Assembly (NCBI GenBank): GCA_015523565.1
Contig: WAKA01000179.1
Span: 1 to 19,671 of the forward strand
Source of the DNA: Candidatus Heimdallarchaeota archaeon
Lineage (GTDB): Archaea; Asgardarchaeota; Heimdallarchaeia; Heimdallarchaeales; Kariarchaeaceae
DNA length: 19,671 bases
Reading direction: 5' to 3'
The notes beneath the pieces were generated by a model, which was not told the origin of the DNA, did no database searches, and was given only the letters and a program-made list of their open reading frames with translations. A program made the position numbers and the translations under genes. Positions 6,453 to 15,210 of the stretch are shown here, piece by piece (the first letter of the stretch is position 1; each line of letters starts with the position of its first letter).

Positions 6453-9134
6453 TTACAAAAACCTGATTTTTCTGACAAGCTTATGCTGTTGCGTATACTT
6501 TGCCAATTCCTTGAGAATGACCATTTTGTTCTTTGGTGTTCTGAGTTGCTTGAAGAACCTATGGTTCCCTATTATCAGGAGGTTGTGTTTCGCCCTTGAA
6601 AGACTTACATTAATCCTCTGAAGATTCTTAAGGAATCCAATATTCCCTTTTGTATTGCTCCTTGTCAGGCTAAGCAATACAATGTCCTGTTCTTGTCCCT
6701 GAAACCTATCTACAATGCTTACCCTTATCTTGATCGGTTGGTCAGGGACATTGTATCTCCATCCCCTTTCAGGGATAAGACCTTCCAACAATCTCAATTG
6801 CCTGTTTATCTCTCTGGACTGATCTGCATAATATGTGATCACTCCAATTGTCAAGGGTTTTTCCTCAGAAAATCCTAATGCTTTCGCGTCTATTTTGGTA
6901 AAAGCCGACACAATTTCTGCAATAGTGTCTGCTTCTGCAATGTTTTTGTATCCTTTCCATTTGCCGGGACTTTCATGTGGATTTGGATAATTCTCTGTGG
7001 AGATGAACACCATTGGCTCTGTAATTTCTTTTATTCCCAAGCTTTTGACACGTGGCAGTTTAAATCCGTGGGAAGCCGCATCGTCTGATGTTTTCAGGTT
7101 TCCATGATAGATTGTCTCATTAAGGAAATTGGCAAGGATTGCAGGCATTCTGTGCTGGTATTCCAATTTTGCATTTCTTGATTGGTCTACCCGTTGCAAA
7201 AAGTAATGGAAACAACTTCCCAAGGCTAGGTTAACCATTTCTTCAACAGACTGTATTGCTTTCTTATTATAGTTCAAGAGGTTGACTATTTTATCCCAGT
7301 GGTTCTCTGTTTCTCCTTCTGTCAATGCATGCAATTCCTCATGGAACCTTCGCAGTTGTCCCACTAATTCATTGGTTTTTTCATTATACAGATCCTCTCT
7401 TGAAGATTTTCCTTTCTCCTTTCCGTTGTTTTTTGTTTCCTCAAAATACCGCTGAACGTAAATCCTAAGTTCTTGGTCATTGACATAAGGTGGCAGTTGC
7501 CTATGGTCTCCCACAAGTATCCATTTTCTTGCCCTGACCGCAGGAACCAGAAATTCCATCACAGTTGCCTTGCTTGCCTCGTCAATTATGAGCATGTCAA
7601 AATTGATGGGGTTTTTGTCTGATTTTTCATAAAATCTTGCAATGCCTATTGTTGTTCCACATACTAGATTTGCTTGGTCAAGGACAAGATTTTCAAAATA
7701 TCTCCTTTCCTTTTGCCTCATTCTTTCCAAAAATTCCCCTTGAATCTCTGTAATGGTCTTATCTGCCCCATGAGCCTCTGAAAATGCTGGCAGTGTATCT
7801 TTTATATCATATACCCTATCCTGCAACCTGTACTTCTTCAAGTGACTTGGCATGTATTTTCTTCCCCCAACCCTTACAGCAACGACTCCTTTCTCTTCAG
7901 CAACCCTTTCAAGCACATTGTCAACTGCAACATGTGTTGGGGCAACCATCAGGACCCTTTTGCCATTGGCAACCATGTGCCTTATTATTTCAACAATCAC
8001 TGTGGTTTTTCCTGTCCCTGGTGGTCCATGTATTAAGGCAATATCGTCCGTGCTCAAGGCCAAGTCAATTGCCTCTGCTTGTCCACGTGAAATCTCCACC
8101 GCATGGGAAATGTTCGGGTGGAAATATGATCTGGGAAAAGATTCTGCTGGCGGCAATCCCCAAGGTCTAATTAACAGATCCGCAAGTTTGGAATATGTTT
8201 GGTTGTTTCTGCTGATAAGCAAGTTTACAGCCTGCATTTTTCTTCTGTTGCTTGCAATGTCCCCTTCCAGGAACAGTGTCCCCTCATCCGGCCAATCATC
8301 AATCCTGTCACCATCCTCCACTATGATTGTCTGCTCTGCCTCGTCATAGTCTGCAACTCTTACGGAGTAATACACGTTTCCTTCTTTGTCCTTGGCTGAA
8401 ATCTGGTTCCCGCCCTCAGTAATTTGCCGAGGGGGGTCTGTCACTTCAAGATAGCCTCTCTCATCATCACTTGGAAGTTTTGAATATGCACACTGTGGAC
8501 GATACTTTGGATCTTTGATGGACAGTCTTTCATAATATAAAAATTCAAGAAATGGCTGGAATGACCTGTTAAGAAAACGCTTGTAGTCAATGTCCATTTG
8601 CTCCCTCTCATTTTCCTTCATCCAAGATATGGCAGAAAACAAAATCTTTCCCAATGATGCCCTGTTGTTCATGCTTGCATTGGATGCCATGAACAGTCTA
8701 ATGGGATAATCTGTTGTCGGCAACAGATGGTGCTTGTTTTTTGATGGATTTACGTTATAGACATAAACAAGAAGTAACGTTTCCTTGTTTGGATACCACT
8801 TGAATATGCCGCCAATCGTATCTGTTTCCAGCTTGATTGTCAAATCCTCATTCTGAAGCAATTGGATGACAAATCTTTCAATATCTTCAGTTTCCTCTAA
8901 GTTATCTGGAAGTTGGATGGGATCCCTGTCCAATTGAATGATTATTTTTGGTGTCCCTGCAAAGTCCTCCAATTTCAACCCTTTTTCCTCAAAAATGCTG
9001 TCCGCCTTTTTTGTGATGTTGCATGCAAGGTCAAGGACAGGTTTTTGGTAATTTATGATTTTAGAGGATCTTTTTAGCTTCACCTTTTCCATGATCAGTT
9101 TAGGCATTCTCTTTGCTTGCACGTCACGTCTCAT
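6453..9134 (-). CDS. Superfamily 1B helicase, UPF1/DNA2-NAM7-like (AAA_11 + AAA_12)
   Basis: Walker A IHGPPGTGKTT, motif Ia VAPTHVAVDNVLER, Walker B IIDEASKA, motif III LVGDHRQLPP, motif IV YQHRMP, GVITYYADQ, motif V VDRFQGQEQD and motif VI RINVSLSRAK. There is no Cys/His-rich UPF1 CH domain at the N-terminus. Confidence 0.93.
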   Translation of the reverse strand: MRRDVQAKRMPKLIMEKVKLKRSSKIINYQKPVLDLACNITKKADSIFEEKGLKLEDFAGTPKIIIQLDRDPIQLPDNLEETEDIERFVIQLLQNEDLTIKLETDTIGGIFKWYPNKETLLLVYVYNVNPSKNKHHLLPTTDYPIRLFMASNASMNNRASLGKILFSAISWMKENEREQMDIDYKRFLNRSFQPFLEFLYYERLSIKDPKYRPQCAYSKLPSDDERGYLEVTDPPRQITEGGNQISAKDKEGNVYYSVRVADYDEAEQTIIVEDGDRIDDWPDEGTLFLEGDIASNRRKMQAVNLLISRNNQTYSKLADLLIRPWGLPPAESFPRSYFHPNISHAVEISRGQAEAIDLALSTDDIALIHGPPGTGKTTVIVEIIRHMVANGKRVLMVAPTHVAVDNVLERVAEEKGVVAVRVGGRKYMPSHLKKYRLQDRVYDIKDTLPAFSEAHGADKTITEIQGEFLERMRQKERRYFENLVLDQANLVCGTTIGIARFYEKSDKNPINFDMLIIDEASKATVMEFLVPAVRARKWILVGDHRQLPPYVNDQELRIYVQRYFEETKNNGKEKGKSSREDLYNEKTNELVGQLRRFHEELHALTEGETENHWDKIVNLLNYNKKAIQSVEEMVNLALGSCFHYFLQRVDQSRNAKLEYQHRMPAILANFLNETIYHGNLKTSDDAASHGFKLPRVKSLGIKEITEPMVFISTENYPNPHESPGKWKGYKNIAEADTIAEIVSAFTKIDAKALGFSEEKPLTIGVITYYADQSREINRQLRLLEGLIPERGWRYNVPDQPIKIRVSIVDRFQGQEQDIVLLSLTRSNTKGNIGFLKNLQRINVSLSRAKHNLLIIGNHRFFKQLRTPKNKMVILKELAKYTQQHKLVRKIRFL

Positions 9135-9172
9135 TCCCTATTCTCAAGCTTCCTTTATAATGTTAGGGAATG
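9132..9172. repeat. Perfect 9-bp inverted repeat CATTCCCTA-N23-TAGGGAATG (candidate operator)
   Basis: Arms at 9132-9140 and 9164-9172. The left arm includes the helicase start codon and the spacer holds the TATA-like box. Confidence 0.7.
9153..9160 (-). promoter_or_regulatory. Putative archaeal TATA box (TTATAAAG) for the helicase operon
   Basis: Lies 19-26 bp upstream of the ATG at 9134, which fits a leaderless or near-leaderless archaeal transcript. Confidence 0.5.
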
Positions 9173-9268
9173 GGTTCGAGGAATTGCCCAATGGAATTTT
9201 GTCCAATCATTCATCGACTATTCGATATGATCACTATATTTTAATAAAGTAGTGGGAACTCTTGAAAC

Positions 9269-10513
9269 ATGCAGGAAAATCTCGATCATCATCCTGTCCA
9301 AAACGAACATCGGGGATTAATGCTTGTATTTTTTGCCGTTTTTATTGATCTTCTTGGTTTTGGCATTATCATTCCAATTCTTCCATATTTTGTAGTGGAT
9401 ACGTTACACGGTAGTGACTTACAGTATGGAATGATCCTTGCAATTTACTCTCTTACACAATTTGTATTTTCCCCATTTTGGGGAAGGCTTTCAGACAAGA
9501 TTGGTCGCAGACCAGTGATTTTGGTAGGGCTTTTTGGCTCTTCCATCTCATTCTTCGTCTTCGGAATTTCGCAAAGCATCCCTGAACTATTTTTTGCAAG
9601 ATTCTTAGCTGGATTTTTCACTTCCGCTTCACTTCCTACAGCAAGGGCTTTCATTGCAGACATTTCCCCTCCTGAAAAACGAACTGCAAGAATGGGTATG
9701 ATTGGTGCTGCATTTGGTTTAGGTTTTACATTTGGGCCTGCCATTGGGTCTTTCATGGCAAATTTCCTTGTACCTGGTTTTGAAAAATATATCTATGCGG
9801 CTCCTTCTTTCTTGTCTTCACTGCTTGCACTCTTCAATTTCATCTTTGCCTATTTCAATTTGCCTGAATCATTGCCTGCAGATTTGAGATTGGAAAAATC
9901 ACTTCGAAAACTTGAACTTAAGGAACTTGAACCGAGCAGAAACAGGATCAAATATATTTTCAGCTTTCCACAAGTTTTCCTTCTTGTTTCCCTTTTTACA
10001 TTGACAACCATGCTGTTCAGTGCTTTTGAAGCCATGTTCGCATTATATGCCAGTGAAATTGATTCTTTTTTCAATGAAAAAACTATTGGATATGCATTTG
10101 CGTTGATAGGAATTGTTGTCATTTTTGTTCAAGGGGGTTTTATCCGTGTTGTTGTGGACAAAATCGGCAATGAAAACACTGTTCTGCTGGGCTTTCTTTT
10201 CAATATCATTGGTTTTCTTCTCCTTCCGTTTGCAACAAACCGCTACCTTCTCCTGATTTTTCTTATTCCTGTAGGGATCGGACAGGGTCTATTGACTCCA
10301 ACCTTGAATTCCCTTGTTTCTCTTCGTATTCCCAAAGAAGATATGGGTGAGGGTATGGGTGTCAATTCTGGTGGTGGTGCAATTGCAAGGGTAGTGGGAC
10401 CGTTGCTTGGCGCTTGGCTTTTTGCAATAGATATCCGCCTCCCATTTTATGTTGCATCAGTAACCTTGATTGTTTTGGCTTTCATTTCCGCAGTCAAGCT
10501 AAAAAAACCATAA
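9269..10513 (+). CDS. MFS transporter, TetA/DHA1-like (drug:H+ antiporter family)
   Basis: Multiple hydrophobic segments in two blocks, VFIDLLGFGIIIPILP, motif A WGRLSDKIGRRPV and motif C-like GAAFGLGFTFGPAIG. Confidence 0.92.
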   Translation: MQENLDHHPVQNEHRGLMLVFFAVFIDLLGFGIIIPILPYFVVDTLHGSDLQYGMILAIYSLTQFVFSPFWGRLSDKIGRRPVILVGLFGSSISFFVFGISQSIPELFFARFLAGFFTSASLPTARAFIADISPPEKRTARMGMIGAAFGLGFTFGPAIGSFMANFLVPGFEKYIYAAPSFLSSLLALFNFIFAYFNLPESLPADLRLEKSLRKLELKELEPSRNRIKYIFSFPQVFLLVSLFTLTTMLFSAFEAMFALYASEIDSFFNEKTIGYAFALIGIVVIFVQGGFIRVVVDKIGNENTVLLGFLFNIIGFLLLPFATNRYLLLIFLIPVGIGQGLLTPTLNSLVSLRIPKEDMGEGMGVNSGGGAIARVVGPLLGAWLFAIDIRLPFYVASVTLIVLAFISAVKLKKP

Positions 10514-10577
10514 AAATTGCATAATTGCCATACCCCGAATCAATGCCTTAATTAAATCCTATATTATCCATATTAAT

Positions 10578-11018
10578 GTGGTAAAACAAGACAATCATGT
10601 GCCTATTAATCCAATTGCAAGGTTAATCTTGGTTGGATACATTGCCTTGGCAATTTTGACGTTTCTTCTATTGGATTTTGTCCAATGGGCAAGGGATTTA
10701 TTTGTTCAGACCTTTTTCCTGATTGAAATAAATGGTGTTTGGTTCAGCGCTGCCATTGTTGGCTATGGATTTTATGCACTTCGGAAAAACATGATGAGAG
10801 TGAAGATGACTGGTGTAAAATTAAACTTGACCCCGCAGTATCTTATTGTTTCTGCTTTCTTTTTCTTCTTCATTAAACAGGTGATTGACTTAATTCTATT
10901 TTATGGCACAAATCTCTCGTCAGTTGAACAATTTGCCTTGACAAATGTCGCGATTGTTGTTGAATTTGGAGGTTTTGTCGCAGGGGTTGCTTCAATATAT
11001 TATTCAAGAAAAGGTTGA
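10578..11018 (+). CDS. Hypothetical integral membrane protein (~4 TM helices)
   Basis: 146 aa with four hydrophobic stretches. GTG start. It ends 8 bp before the next gene. Confidence 0.75.
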   Translation: MVKQDNHVPINPIARLILVGYIALAILTFLLLDFVQWARDLFVQTFFLIEINGVWFSAAIVGYGFYALRKNMMRVKMTGVKLNLTPQYLIVSAFFFFFIKQVIDLILFYGTNLSSVEQFALTNVAIVVEFGGFVAGVASIYYSRKG

Positions 11019-11026
11019 GATGAGGC

Positions 11027-11989
11027 ATGAGCTCATTTGTAATCACAACCAAAGATGGTCCTCCCGATATTTTTGTTGAGGTTGGCAAGCCTTTTGCCAA
11101 GGATCCTTACTTGATGGCTGGAATTTTCAAGGCTATTTTTTCCATTTCAAATGAACTGACCGACAATCCGTTGCAAGTGGTTCAGGCAAAAGGCTTCACT
11201 GTTAAATTCAGGCAATTGGACAATGACTATGTTCTGATTGTTGGAAGCGACAGGCATGTTGCAGGCTTGGAACTGCTCTTGGAGCAGTCAAAGAAAATTA
11301 TTGAGGATGGGGAACGATTTAATCTTCCGCACGAGCAAATAGAGGATGAGATCAAAAAAATGATCATATCCTATTTTGAGCAAGATAGTGGAACAACTGA
11401 AACATCCTCAACGGAAAATGTTCCTTCTATTGTTCCTGTTGCACTTCAACGACTTCCGGATTCAATTCTCACCGTAATTTTTTGGGGGTTGCTGACCTTC
11501 CGTCACTTCAAATTTCCCGCCACAGGCTCACTTGATTATGACAATTACATCTCTTCCCTTTTGGACTTTTTGGGTCAACCCTGTTGTTCAAATCTAGATC
11601 AAACCTGTAGCTCATCAATTCGATTTGTTTCTGAAAAAGGTGATTTCCTCCTTGATGAGAAAGAAAAACTTTCTCCCAAAGACAAAATGATACTCAAGAC
11701 AAATACAATCAAACGTTTGCTAAAACTTAGGAAGAAATCCAATCCTCTCGAATTGAAATCAATAATCAGTTCTTCACGTGCAACAATTTCCCTGATTGAC
11801 GAAATGATTGCAGACTATCCCCATTTAACAGAGGATCAAAAGCATGAAATTGACAAATTAAGATACTCTATCGGTCTAGACCTTGAACATTATTTGGTTG
11901 AATACCTGAAACATAAAAATTATCCCTATTTGGATGAATTTTTAATGCATGCTGAAACCATGGAATGGGTTAATCCTTGGTTGCATTAA
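11027..11989 (+). CDS. Longin-like domain protein with a possible DENN-like central region
   Basis: The N-terminal ~115 aa (FVITTKDGPP...DPYLMAGIFKAIFSISNEL...LQVVQAKGFTVKFRQLDNDYVLIVGSD plus a long helix) fit the beta-beta-alpha-beta-beta-beta-alpha longin pattern common in Asgard proteins. A GAGG lies just upstream of the start. Confidence 0.6.
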   Translation: MSSFVITTKDGPPDIFVEVGKPFAKDPYLMAGIFKAIFSISNELTDNPLQVVQAKGFTVKFRQLDNDYVLIVGSDRHVAGLELLLEQSKKIIEDGERFNLPHEQIEDEIKKMIISYFEQDSGTTETSSTENVPSIVPVALQRLPDSILTVIFWGLLTFRHFKFPATGSLDYDNYISSLLDFLGQPCCSNLDQTCSSSIRFVSEKGDFLLDEKEKLSPKDKMILKTNTIKRLLKLRKKSNPLELKSIISSSRATISLIDEMIADYPHLTEDQKHEIDKLRYSIGLDLEHYLVEYLKHKNYPYLDEFLMHAETMEWVNPWLH

Positions 11990-12051
11990 TGTAGCAGAAA
12001 ACCACGTATCTTACTTTTGCTTTAAGAAGATGTAAATCCTTTAATAATCAA

Positions 12052-14145
12052 ATGACCGATGGCATGCAATATCTTTTCAATCCCAAGACTGTTGCAATTG
12101 TTGGGGCAAGCCGCAACCCCAATTCAATTGGGAGGGAAATCCTGAAAAACATTCTAGAACTGAATTTTGAGGGTCGAGTTTATCCTGTCAATCCTAAAGC
12201 CTACTCTGTAAACTCCCTGCGATGTTATGAATCTTTGTCTGCAATTCCTGATAGTGTTGATTTGGTTATCATAGTTGTTCCTGCAAAATATGTGAAAAAT
12301 ATAATGGAAGAAGCGGTTTCATTGGGTGTTAAGGCGGCTGTTATTATTACTGCTGGTTTCAAGGAAATCGGGGGAGCAGGAGCAAAACTAGAGAAAGAGA
12401 TTGCAGAAATTGCCAAGAAAGGTGGAATGAGGGTTGTCGGACCGAACTGCATGGGCATTCTCAATGCACATGAACCATACCTGAACGCCACTTTTGCACC
12501 AGTCAAACCACTTCCAGGCAAGATTGGCTTCATTTCCCAATCTGGTGCGTTGGGTGTTGTTATCATGAAATATGCAACGCAACTGAAATTGGGATTTTCA
12601 AAGTTTGTCTCATTGGGCAATAAAATGGATGTCAATGCAAATGACATGCTTAAGCTTTTTATGGATGACAAGGATACAAAGGTTATTCTTGGATATCTTG
12701 AGGCATTTTCAGATCCTGGCAATTTTGCATCAGTCGCCAAGGCGGCGTCCAAGAAAAAGCCAATCCTGATGGTCAAAAGCGGTCGGACACCCCAAGGCGC
12801 TAGGGCGGCTTCCTCACATACTGGTGCCCTTGCAGGTCAAGAATATGTGGTTTCCGCCGCAATGAAGGGATCTGGCATTATCAGGGTCAACTCGGTCAAG
12901 GAATTGTTCGATTCAGCAATCGGTTTTCTGAAGGCTCCTTTGCCAAAAGGGAACAGAGTTGCAATCCTGACAAATTCTGGTGGTCCAGGAACTCTTGCCA
13001 CTGACACCCTTATCTCATTGGGCATGGAAATTGCTGAATTAAGTGAAGAAACATTGGAAAAGCTGAAGAAGGTAATTCCCCCTGAAGCGAGCCCATTGAA
13101 TCCCGTCGACCTGATTGCCAGTGCAGATGCAAAAAGATACAAGGAAACATTGGAGATACTTTTGGCTGATGAAAATGTGGATAGCGTCATCCTTATTTTC
13201 GTCCCCCCATTGATGATACAGGCAATTGAAGTTGCACAGGCGATCAACCCCATTGTTCAGGCAAGTGACAAGCCAGTTTTGGGCTGTTTCATGGGAAGAG
13301 ATGTCATAAGGGAACAAGACCTGAATGTTGATTATCCCATTTTTGATTTTCCTGAATCTGCGGCACGTGTATTGAAAGACATGTATTCCTATTACCAATG
13401 GAAAATTACTCCTATTGAAGAACCAGAACGCCTAGTGACTGATAAGTCCTCTCTTAAGGAAGTTTCACGTATCCTCAAAAAATCAAAGGGTATGGGGTTA
13501 TTGGATCCCATCAATACACAAAAAGTTCTTGAACTGTATGGGTTGAAATTCCCTGAATCAAAAATAGTAAAAACATCTGATGAATTATTTTCCCATGCCA
13601 AAAAAATCGGCTTTCCTGTTGTTGTCAAGATAGCCTCCTCAAAAATCGAACATAAAACAGATGCAGGTGGTGTATTTCTTGACATACGGAATTTTGAAGA
13701 GCTTATTGATGCATTCCTTTCCATCCAAAAGGTGTATGATAAATTCAGCATTCCCAAGGAAGAACGTACTGTTCTAGTGCAAAAATACTATCAAAGTGGT
13801 GTTGAACTTGCAATGGGATCCACATTTGACAGGCAATTTGGGAACGTCTTGATGATTGGTTCTGGGGGGATCCTCATTGAGCTTTTGAAAGACGTGGTCT
13901 TCAGGCTTGCTCCGATTTCCCGTTCTGATGCCGTTGAAATGATTCACCAATTGCGTGGCTATCCCCTCCTTCTTGGCTTCAGAGGTCAACCACCCTCTGA
14001 CATTGACGCTTTGGTTGATGCCCTCCTTCGGATCAATCAATTGGTCTGGGATAATCCAGAGATCAAGGAGCTAGACATAAACCCAATCCTTGCATTACCC
14101 AAAGGACAGAACCCAATAATATTGGATGCACGGATAACTCTTTGA
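12052..14145 (+). CDS. acdAB: ADP-forming acetate/acyl-CoA ligase, fused alpha-beta subunits
   Basis: CoA-binding VAIVGAS...VYPVNP, GPNCMG, SQSGALG, phospho-His motif ASSHTGALAG, TNSGGPG, NPVDL, ATP-grasp HKTDAGGV and ELDINP. There is no GNAT domain, so it is not PatZ. Substrate range unknown. Confidence 0.92.
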   Translation: MTDGMQYLFNPKTVAIVGASRNPNSIGREILKNILELNFEGRVYPVNPKAYSVNSLRCYESLSAIPDSVDLVIIVVPAKYVKNIMEEAVSLGVKAAVIITAGFKEIGGAGAKLEKEIAEIAKKGGMRVVGPNCMGILNAHEPYLNATFAPVKPLPGKIGFISQSGALGVVIMKYATQLKLGFSKFVSLGNKMDVNANDMLKLFMDDKDTKVILGYLEAFSDPGNFASVAKAASKKKPILMVKSGRTPQGARAASSHTGALAGQEYVVSAAMKGSGIIRVNSVKELFDSAIGFLKAPLPKGNRVAILTNSGGPGTLATDTLISLGMEIAELSEETLEKLKKVIPPEASPLNPVDLIASADAKRYKETLEILLADENVDSVILIFVPPLMIQAIEVAQAINPIVQASDKPVLGCFMGRDVIREQDLNVDYPIFDFPESAARVLKDMYSYYQWKITPIEEPERLVTDKSSLKEVSRILKKSKGMGLLDPINTQKVLELYGLKFPESKIVKTSDELFSHAKKIGFPVVVKIASSKIEHKTDAGGVFLDIRNFEELIDAFLSIQKVYDKFSIPKEERTVLVQKYYQSGVELAMGSTFDRQFGNVLMIGSGGILIELLKDVVFRLAPISRSDAVEMIHQLRGYPLLLGFRGQPPSDIDALVDALLRINQLVWDNPEIKELDINPILALPKGQNPIILDARITL

Positions 14146-14174
14146 CAATTTCCCGTTTATCCTTACTGTTACCC

Positions 14175-14185
14175 TTAAATTATAA
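14175..14185 (+). promoter_or_regulatory. Putative TATA box (TTAAATTATAA) for the LLM gene
   Basis: AT box beginning 27 bp before ATG 14202 and 36 bp before ATG 14211. It favours an internal ATG over the TTG at 14142. Confidence 0.45.
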
Positions 14186-14201
14186 TTGTAAACTCTGTGC
14201 T

Positions 14202-15137
14202 ATGGAGCCTATGAAATTCGGTTTGTATATTCGTTCACCCACCTTTGAGGAAATGCTTGAGAAATCCAAATTAGCGGAAAAATTGAATTATTATGGCGTC
14301 TTTGTCAATGATCACGTCCATGGTTTTGCAAATGAGGGAAAAGAACCTTATCTTGAAGCTTGGACTGTCATGACCGCAATTGGGGCGTTGACGCAAAGAA
14401 TAAGGGTCGGACACATTGTCTTGTTCAATAGTTTACGAAATCCTGCCTTTTTGGCAAAGTCAATAGCAACTTTGGATAACATCACAAATGGTCGATATGA
14501 GACTCTAATTGGTGCAGGTTGGAATGAACCTGAATATGTCGGCTATGATCTTATGGGTAAGGGTCGTGGAATGCCTCCTGCCAAGGAACGTGTTGATCGC
14601 CTGATTGAATCTCTTCAAATCCTTAAATTGATGCTTTCTCAAGAAGTCAGTGATTTTGATGGAACCTTCTGGAAGCTGAAAGGTGCAATCAATATTCCAC
14701 AGCCTGTTCAAAACCCAATGAGAATTTACGTTGGAGGGTCAAAACCCCGTATGGTTCGAACAGCGGCAAAGTTTGCTGATGGACTGAACATTGCATCTCG
14801 TGGCTATTCCAATATGAAAGAAGTTGCAGACCTTTTCAAGAAAGAGGTGGAAACCCTTGGAAATTCAACTGAAAATTACATGCTTTCTGGTTTTGACGGG
14901 ATAAGAATCGCCAAGAACACGCAAGAAATGGATCAAATGGCAAAACAACTTGCTGAAAGACTACAAAAGCCAGTCGAGTTTGTCAAACAGGATTATCTTG
15001 TCGGAACCCCGGAAATTCTTGTCGAAAAACTCAGGGCTTTGCAGGATTTGGGTATTGGAATGATGGTTGTCAGTCCTGTATATGAACATGGGAATCCCAT
15101 TGAGGCATTCAATGACCTTGTCATTTCCCAACTCTGA
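14202..15137 (+). CDS. LLM-class (luciferase-like) flavin/F420-dependent oxidoreductase
   Basis: MKFGLY, VNDH, EAWTVMTAIGALTQRIRVG, RNPAFLAKSIATLDNITNGR, IGAGWNEPEY, PQPVQ...IYVGG and AAKFADGLN motifs. The start is probably ATG 14202 or 14211 rather than the track's 14142. Confidence 0.9.
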   Translation: MEPMKFGLYIRSPTFEEMLEKSKLAEKLNYYGVFVNDHVHGFANEGKEPYLEAWTVMTAIGALTQRIRVGHIVLFNSLRNPAFLAKSIATLDNITNGRYETLIGAGWNEPEYVGYDLMGKGRGMPPAKERVDRLIESLQILKLMLSQEVSDFDGTFWKLKGAINIPQPVQNPMRIYVGGSKPRMVRTAAKFADGLNIASRGYSNMKEVADLFKKEVETLGNSTENYMLSGFDGIRIAKNTQEMDQMAKQLAERLQKPVEFVKQDYLVGTPEILVEKLRALQDLGIGMMVVSPVYEHGNPIEAFNDLVISQL

Positions 15138-15138
15138 A

Positions 15139-15160
15139 ATTTTCCAAAAAAAAGGAAAAT
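15139..15160 (+). terminator. Stem-loop ATTTTCC-A8-GGAAAAT right after the LLM stop (possible terminator or binding site)
   Basis: Perfect 7-bp stem (15139-15145 / 15154-15160) starting two bases after the TGA. Function is inferred only. Confidence 0.35.
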
Positions 15161-15210
15161 AAAGGGGATTTTGTAACATTCCTTAAAAGGTGCTGTACAA
15201 TTGACAATTA

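Noticed and set aside
6453-9134. Calling the helicase a true UPF1 orthologue
   Set aside because: It lacks the CH domain, and the motifs are shared across the UPF1/DNA2/NAM7 family. Orthology needs a phylogeny.
9171-9190. GGGTTCGAG, resembling a tRNA T-loop
   Set aside because: No T-stem of the right geometry and no cloverleaf can be built.
12052-14145. Protein lysine acetyltransferase PatZ
   Set aside because: There is no GNAT domain and both catalytic His motifs of ADP-forming ligases are intact.
14142-14201. N-terminal extension of the LLM ORF from TTG 14142
   Set aside because: Family similarity begins at MKFGLY and a TATA-like box lies inside this stretch.
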